Below are positions 59,077-64,000 of a DNA stretch of 64,000 bases, piece after piece. The notes beneath the pieces are model-generated. The model was given only the letters and a program-made list of their open reading frames with translations. It ran no database searches and was not told the origin of the DNA. The DNA is taken from the NCBI GenBank assembly GCA_000708835.1, contig DF237415.1:11982-75981 (forward strand), read 5' to 3'. Numbering within the stretch: position 1 is the first letter of the stretch; the number at the start of each line of letters is the position of its first letter. This stretch comes from Klebsormidium nitens. Its lineage: Eukaryota; Plantae; Klebsormidiophyceae. Both the position numbers and the translations under genes were made by a program.

Positions 59077-59537
59077 TAATTATTGGGATTGAAGATCATT
59101 GAACCTCCACAGGGTCACCTTTCAAAACCCAGAGTTTGGGGTCCGGGCAACGCGCCGTTTTAGTTACATTAGTAGGAGGAATTGGAGGTAGGTTTAGGTA
59201 GGTTAACAAGCCAAAAAAGTATCAACCCACCTCTAACAATTGTATTGACCATTTCTCCAGACTAACCGAGGACCACATCGGGCTCGGGACATCCAAAATG
59301 CAATCTTGACCGTCCAGATTGGGAAAGTTCTCATCTGACGGTGCGGATCATGGTTCGCTCTGTTTCAGTGGTGTTTGGTTCCCCTGGCAACATACCGGTG
59401 AATAGGATACAGCAATTGGAATTTGGATCGAGATTTTGAAACCTTGGAACCAGGAACTTGAACTTGAACTTGAACTTTCAAATTCAACTCGAAGTGAGCC
59501 TCAGAGTCAGAGTCACAGAGAGATCACACGTTGCACA

Positions 59538-62453
59538 ATGGCGGCCACTGCAGTCTGCAGAGGGGTGGCTGGAACGAGCACTTTCGTTGTCTCGTGCCCT
59601 GTAGGCCAGCAATGTGGTCAGGGGTACAGCCGCAGCGGGGTGGCAGGACCGTGCCACTCCCCTACCCTGCAGCGATCGGGTCCGGCGGGCGCAGCTCAGA
59701 GCGCTGCCGCAGCAGCACTACGAAGCTCCAGCTTTGCAGGCAGGCAGGTGGCAGGAAAACAATGCAGGGGGGTGGCAACACGAAAACTCACAGCGGGGAG
59801 ACCCGGGGCGAGGGCGGCGGAAGCAAAGGACGACGAGTACGTGGTGACATTGGAGAAGCCGGTGGGCCTCAACTTCTATCGAGGCAACGACGGCGGAACG
59901 TACATTGACAAGATCCAGCCAGGGGGCTCTGCGGATGCCACCGGCCTGTTCACCGTGGGGGACAAGGTGCTGGAGACAAGGTGGGCCGCCCTCTCCGCCC
60001 AGCGCTGCAGATCTGGCAGCCGGAGCGCCCTTTCTCTGCCGCGCCCTGCCACACGGGAACGTGGTGTAGGTGCTTGTTGGTATGCAGCATTGCCCTTGCT
60101 GGCCTCATGGTGACTGAGCTTTGGCCAGCTGTCCGCCCAAACAACAGGCGTGCTGGGTTGATGGCATTTTTAGGGCCGCACTTGCTGCTACGAACTGGAG
60201 GCCGCCCGCTGGGCCTGGCCTAGAGCGTGCAGCGTTCCGCTCACAGCAGCTGCCCCCTCGGCAGCGGAACAGACCTTAGAGCGAGCTGCTCGCTGGTTGC
60301 GCTGGATATGGCTGGAGGAAGGAGCTCACCTCTTTGTTCTCCGATGTGAATGTGTCCAGTCTAATGATGTGTCCAGTTCATGCTTCTGGCTCCTTCTGTC
60401 CAGTTACCCAGCGCACGCACCCCGCTTGCCGCACTCTGGTCTGACTGCTCTGCTTCTTCTTCTGCACACAGTGCCGTGTTTGGGACAGAGATGTGGGGCG
60501 CCGCCGAGTTTGGGCGCACCATGTACACCATCAAGGTAGGTGCCTGCCGGGGCGCCTCCGCGTGGTGGCGCACAGCAGGAGCAGGCAGATGCGCCCGCTC
60601 TTCCGCGCCCATAGTGCCAACTAGAAGATCATTGCAGCACTTGACTCAGTGCTTGCATATTGTCGAACCCCAGCCGTGCGCATGGCCCGCCTAAGCCCTG
60701 TGTGCACATCCCAGTGCCCATAGCGTTGTTATACTGGGCATGAAGCCTTGGCCTGATGCGGTGCTGGTCGCCTGTGGTGCAGACGCGGGTGGGCAACGTC
60801 GCGTTCAAGATGCAGAAGAGGTTTGGTGAGGCCGCCCGCCAGGTTGCCACGCATTAGTGGCAGCCAGATGCCGTATGTGCACTGCCATTTGTCATTCCGT
60901 ACTTGTGGCAAGGCCTGAAGGGGCGGGTGCGGGCCAACTGCCCGGCTGACACGGCGACTGGCTTGTGCTGTGCAGGGGTGAAGCAGGAGGTGGCAGGCGC
61001 ATCGGACCAGTTTGTGCAGGAGAGGCGCTCCGGCAACTACGGCGAGGGCAGCAAGGAGCTCCAGGTGAGCGCCGCCCGCCCGCCGTGCATCATCGGAAAA
61101 CATGTATCGCTCCCGGAGTTCAAGGCTCAGGGGGTGACAGGCTCCAGGGTGTGGCCGGGGTGGCCCGCCAAGTGTGAGCCAAGCGTTGTCGTGGCGCCAT
61201 CTGCTGCATCAGGGACACGGGCAGCCATGCCAGGGGGCATCCTTTCGGTCGTCCCTTGCTGACAGGCAATGTTTCGATTGACCCATACCGTCCACTAGTT
61301 CTCCGCTCTACTTGTGCGCACACTACCCGGGCTGGACAAGCCAGGACCTCTTACGGCAGCTGGCAGACGGCAGCGTCCTGTCAATGGCGCTGCGGGTATT
61401 GGGGGCTCTGCTGACCTGCGCGTCCGCTGCCGTCCATGCAGCGGCGCAACTACCTGAAGCAGCAGGAGCTGAAGAAGCTGCGTGCCGACAAGATCGAGTC
61501 TGGCCTCAAGCTCTACAGGTGAGCCGCATCCCGCGCAAGCCCGCTCTCCTGCCCTCGAGGCGACCCTGCCTCCTGGCCTGCTGCAGCCATTGCTGGCCGG
61601 GTGGGCCGAGTGTCCCCCTCCGGGAGCGTATCTGACTGCGCGCTGCGGTGGGCGCAGGCAAGGCCAGTACGAGGCGGCGCTGGTGGAGTTCGAGACGGTG
61701 CTGGGGTCCAAGCCCACGGACCGCGAGGAGGCGGTGGCCAGCTACAACGTCGCCTGCTGCTACTCCAAGCTGGGCAACGTGAGCGCCGCGCAAGCTGCCA
61801 CGTGGCAGCCACTCAGCCGAGCAGCCACTAGGCATGTCGACATGCGCGGGTCGCTGGTCTTGCGCCTGCCAGTTTCCCGTTTCAGCCGCGCATGCTCTTC
61901 GAATCTTCATGCACACTTGCGGGACGCACTCGCGTCGCCTTTGCTGACCCCGCCCGTGCTCACCTGCTCTCCTCAGGTGGAGGCGGGGCTGGACGCTCTG
62001 GACAGCGCTCTGCGGGCCGGCTTTGACGACTACAAGGTAAGCGACCCCGCGCGAAACCTGCTGCTGTGTCCAGAGCTGCTGTGTTGCCTGTCCACCCGCT
62101 ACGTTGAGATTCCGTCAGCACACCAGCTGCATTCTGGTCCGTAGCAACTCATTGGTTGCAAGCTCAGGCACTGAGAGGTGACTTCCGTACACTTCTGACG
62201 CGCCCTAGCGCATACCTTGACCACTACGATATGGCCACGGATCAAGATGTTCCACTTCGTTGCCGGTGCTCACCACATTCGACTAAGAAACACATTTCAT
62301 GCCTCCTCGCAGACTGTTCGGGAAGATGCTGATTTGCAGACCTTGCGGGACTCTCCAGAATTCAAGGTAATTGTTAATAAGTACGATGAGCCTTTCATAA
62401 ACGAAAACGCTGTGAAAGCCTTGACGAGTGTCTTTGGCTTCCTTAAAAGATAA
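59538..62453 (+). CDS. MET1: Plastid PDZ + TPR protein MET1/ZKT (photosystem II supercomplex assembly/repair)
   Basis: Transit peptide, then DEYVVTLEKPVGLNFYRGNDGGTYI..GDKVLET-SAVFGTEMWGAAEFGRTMYTIK-TRVG; ERRSGNYGEGSKELQ-RRNYLK; TPR EEAVASYNVACCYSKLG; ALRAGFDDYK-TVREDADL..KYDEPFINENAVKALTSVFGFLKR*. Confidence 0.93.
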
Positions 62454-63792
62454 GACCAACGTGGTCAACTCCCATTTATTCAAGTTTGCCAGTGAAGCAT
62501 TAGCTTTAGCTGAGGCTAGGGCATCCGAAGTAATGCGCTGTGGCGCGTCTGGTTGAGTTGCTTGGCAAGGTGTATAGAAGGTATATTATTGAAGGTCGTG
62601 ATCTGACGGAAGTTTCTACGTCGACCGAGCAAACAAACGGATTTTGATTGCCGCTCGCTGAATCATGTGCCTCGCATCCGCCAAAACTTTCCCAAGTGGC
62701 TCATCGGATTTGTGAGGATGGACCAGTGACTCCACAGATTATATAGGGCAAACCCCCAAGTTTTGCAGCGCTCGACTAGCATAGCTGCGCGCAATCATCG
62801 GGTCGCACATGCCTGACGACATTGTTCAACTTTTCAATTGGGTCTCTGGACAGTTCCGCGACACTGCAAATCAATGATGTAGTAAGTTGCCCGTATGGAA
62901 AACGTTGGCTACATAAAAAGTGAGATTGCGTCGCCTTTTACATGACGCAAATCGACCACCGTCATTGTACATGGATCGCTCTCGTCTGCAATAATCCCAT
63001 ATTTCGCAAAGCGGCCATATGCGCGTTGAGCGCACATGTGCAGACGCCGTATGGATCATGACTTGTCGGAAAATATAATAAAATGGTACGCGTACGCTCG
63101 GAACCATCACGTTGTATGAACTATAATATACGTTCCGTGGACCTTAAAGGAGCCTAGGCTTTTTGCGTGGCCCGGCCCATTTTATAATGCATTATAAAAC
63201 GCAAAAACGCACCGATGATCGAACCTAATTAAAGATCAAGATGCTGCATGGTCTATGTACGTTCACATAAATTAACTCGCGCTTTACAACGTTACTTGCA
63301 TAAAATAAGCCCGACAAGCTAGCTCCTAGCTAGCTAAATTAATATATGTTATTGCTCGCACCCGGAACACTGAGGTTGGTGCGGCCTGGGCTTTTATTCT
63401 GAGTCCACCACTTGGTACGTCGGGCTCGGAGTGTCGCTCGATCATGGGACACTTCGAATCCGGCGTTCTGATTGGCCGAACCCACGTCAGCTGGTTGAAA
63501 GGTTGGGCCGAATCGGTAACGCAAGCCCCATTTATACTATTGATTTCGCACACATCTCTCGCGCTTGTTTGGTTATGATGTTGAAGCCATTCTGCATGCC
63601 GCGTACTGTGTGAACGAACAAAGTTTACATTAATGAACTACCATACACAGTGCATACACAATATTTGAGATATGCAAAGACGTACATTTCGATCTGATAC
63701 TGGCACATGTCTGATTATGCATCATCGTCATTAGGATTGATTGCACACTCTTTGCGCGCTTTCAAGTTTTGCAAAAAACGCGAAACCTGCAA

Positions 63793-64000
63793 TTTAGGGT
63801 TTTAGGGCTTCCGGAAACTTCGGAAACGACGTCATCATTTGCGTTTTCTGGTGACGTAAAGAGCGGGTTTTGAGGTATTGGTGCCATTTTTGGTGATGAA
63901 GTTGTGTTACATTTTCCCGGCACTTTCAGAATCTGAAAAAAAAGCCAAATTCGCAGCATAGGGTTTTAGGGTTTCTAAATTTTTTCAGAACATGACGTCA
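63793..64000. repeat. Two degenerate direct copies (~165-bp spacing) of a unit with telomere-like (T)TTTAGGG words followed by gacgtca; probably the edge of a repeat continuing past the window
   Basis: tttagggttttagggcttccggaaac..gacgtca (~63793-63834) and tagggttttagggtttctaaa..gacgtca (~63959-64000). Confidence 0.55.

Noticed and set aside
63793-64000. True chromosome telomere at the window end
   Set aside because: Only two short pairs of repeats embedded in complex sequence, not a tandem array.

Overview
Eukaryotic, intron-rich DNA from a photosynthetic green-lineage organism. A GC-rich streptophyte or other green alga is most likely, but this is inferred from plastid-targeted DnaJ, MET1 and LHC-like genes, GT-AG introns and a plant-style GH32. 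I can reconstruct 14 spliced protein-coding genes, in order: ADIP/SSX2IP-like (-), ATG7 (+), saccharopine-dehydrogenase-like (-), FtsH4 (+), SRP14 (-), plastid DnaJ (+), LHC-like/SEP (-), HIG1 (+), eIF3k (-), EMC10 (+), GH32 (-), GH5 endoglycoceramidase-like (+), TRM8 (-), MET1 (+). All 14 alternate in orientation and form seven consecutive head-to-head pairs. The tail-to-tail spacers are AT-richer and dense in short palindromic words. The four recognisable TIR elements (MITEs, two with clean TAA/TTA target duplications) all lie in head-to-head spacers. Best gene-level oddities: a GH32 mixing vacuolar and cell-wall invertase traits, with its catalytic Glu on a 24-nt exon; its divergent partner, a secreted GH5 of a type I do not know from plants; and an LHC-like protein lacking the conserved Arg. 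There are two assembly gaps. Most ORF-track entries are GC-rich shadow ORFs. All assignments come from manual translation and remembered family motifs; no searches were run.
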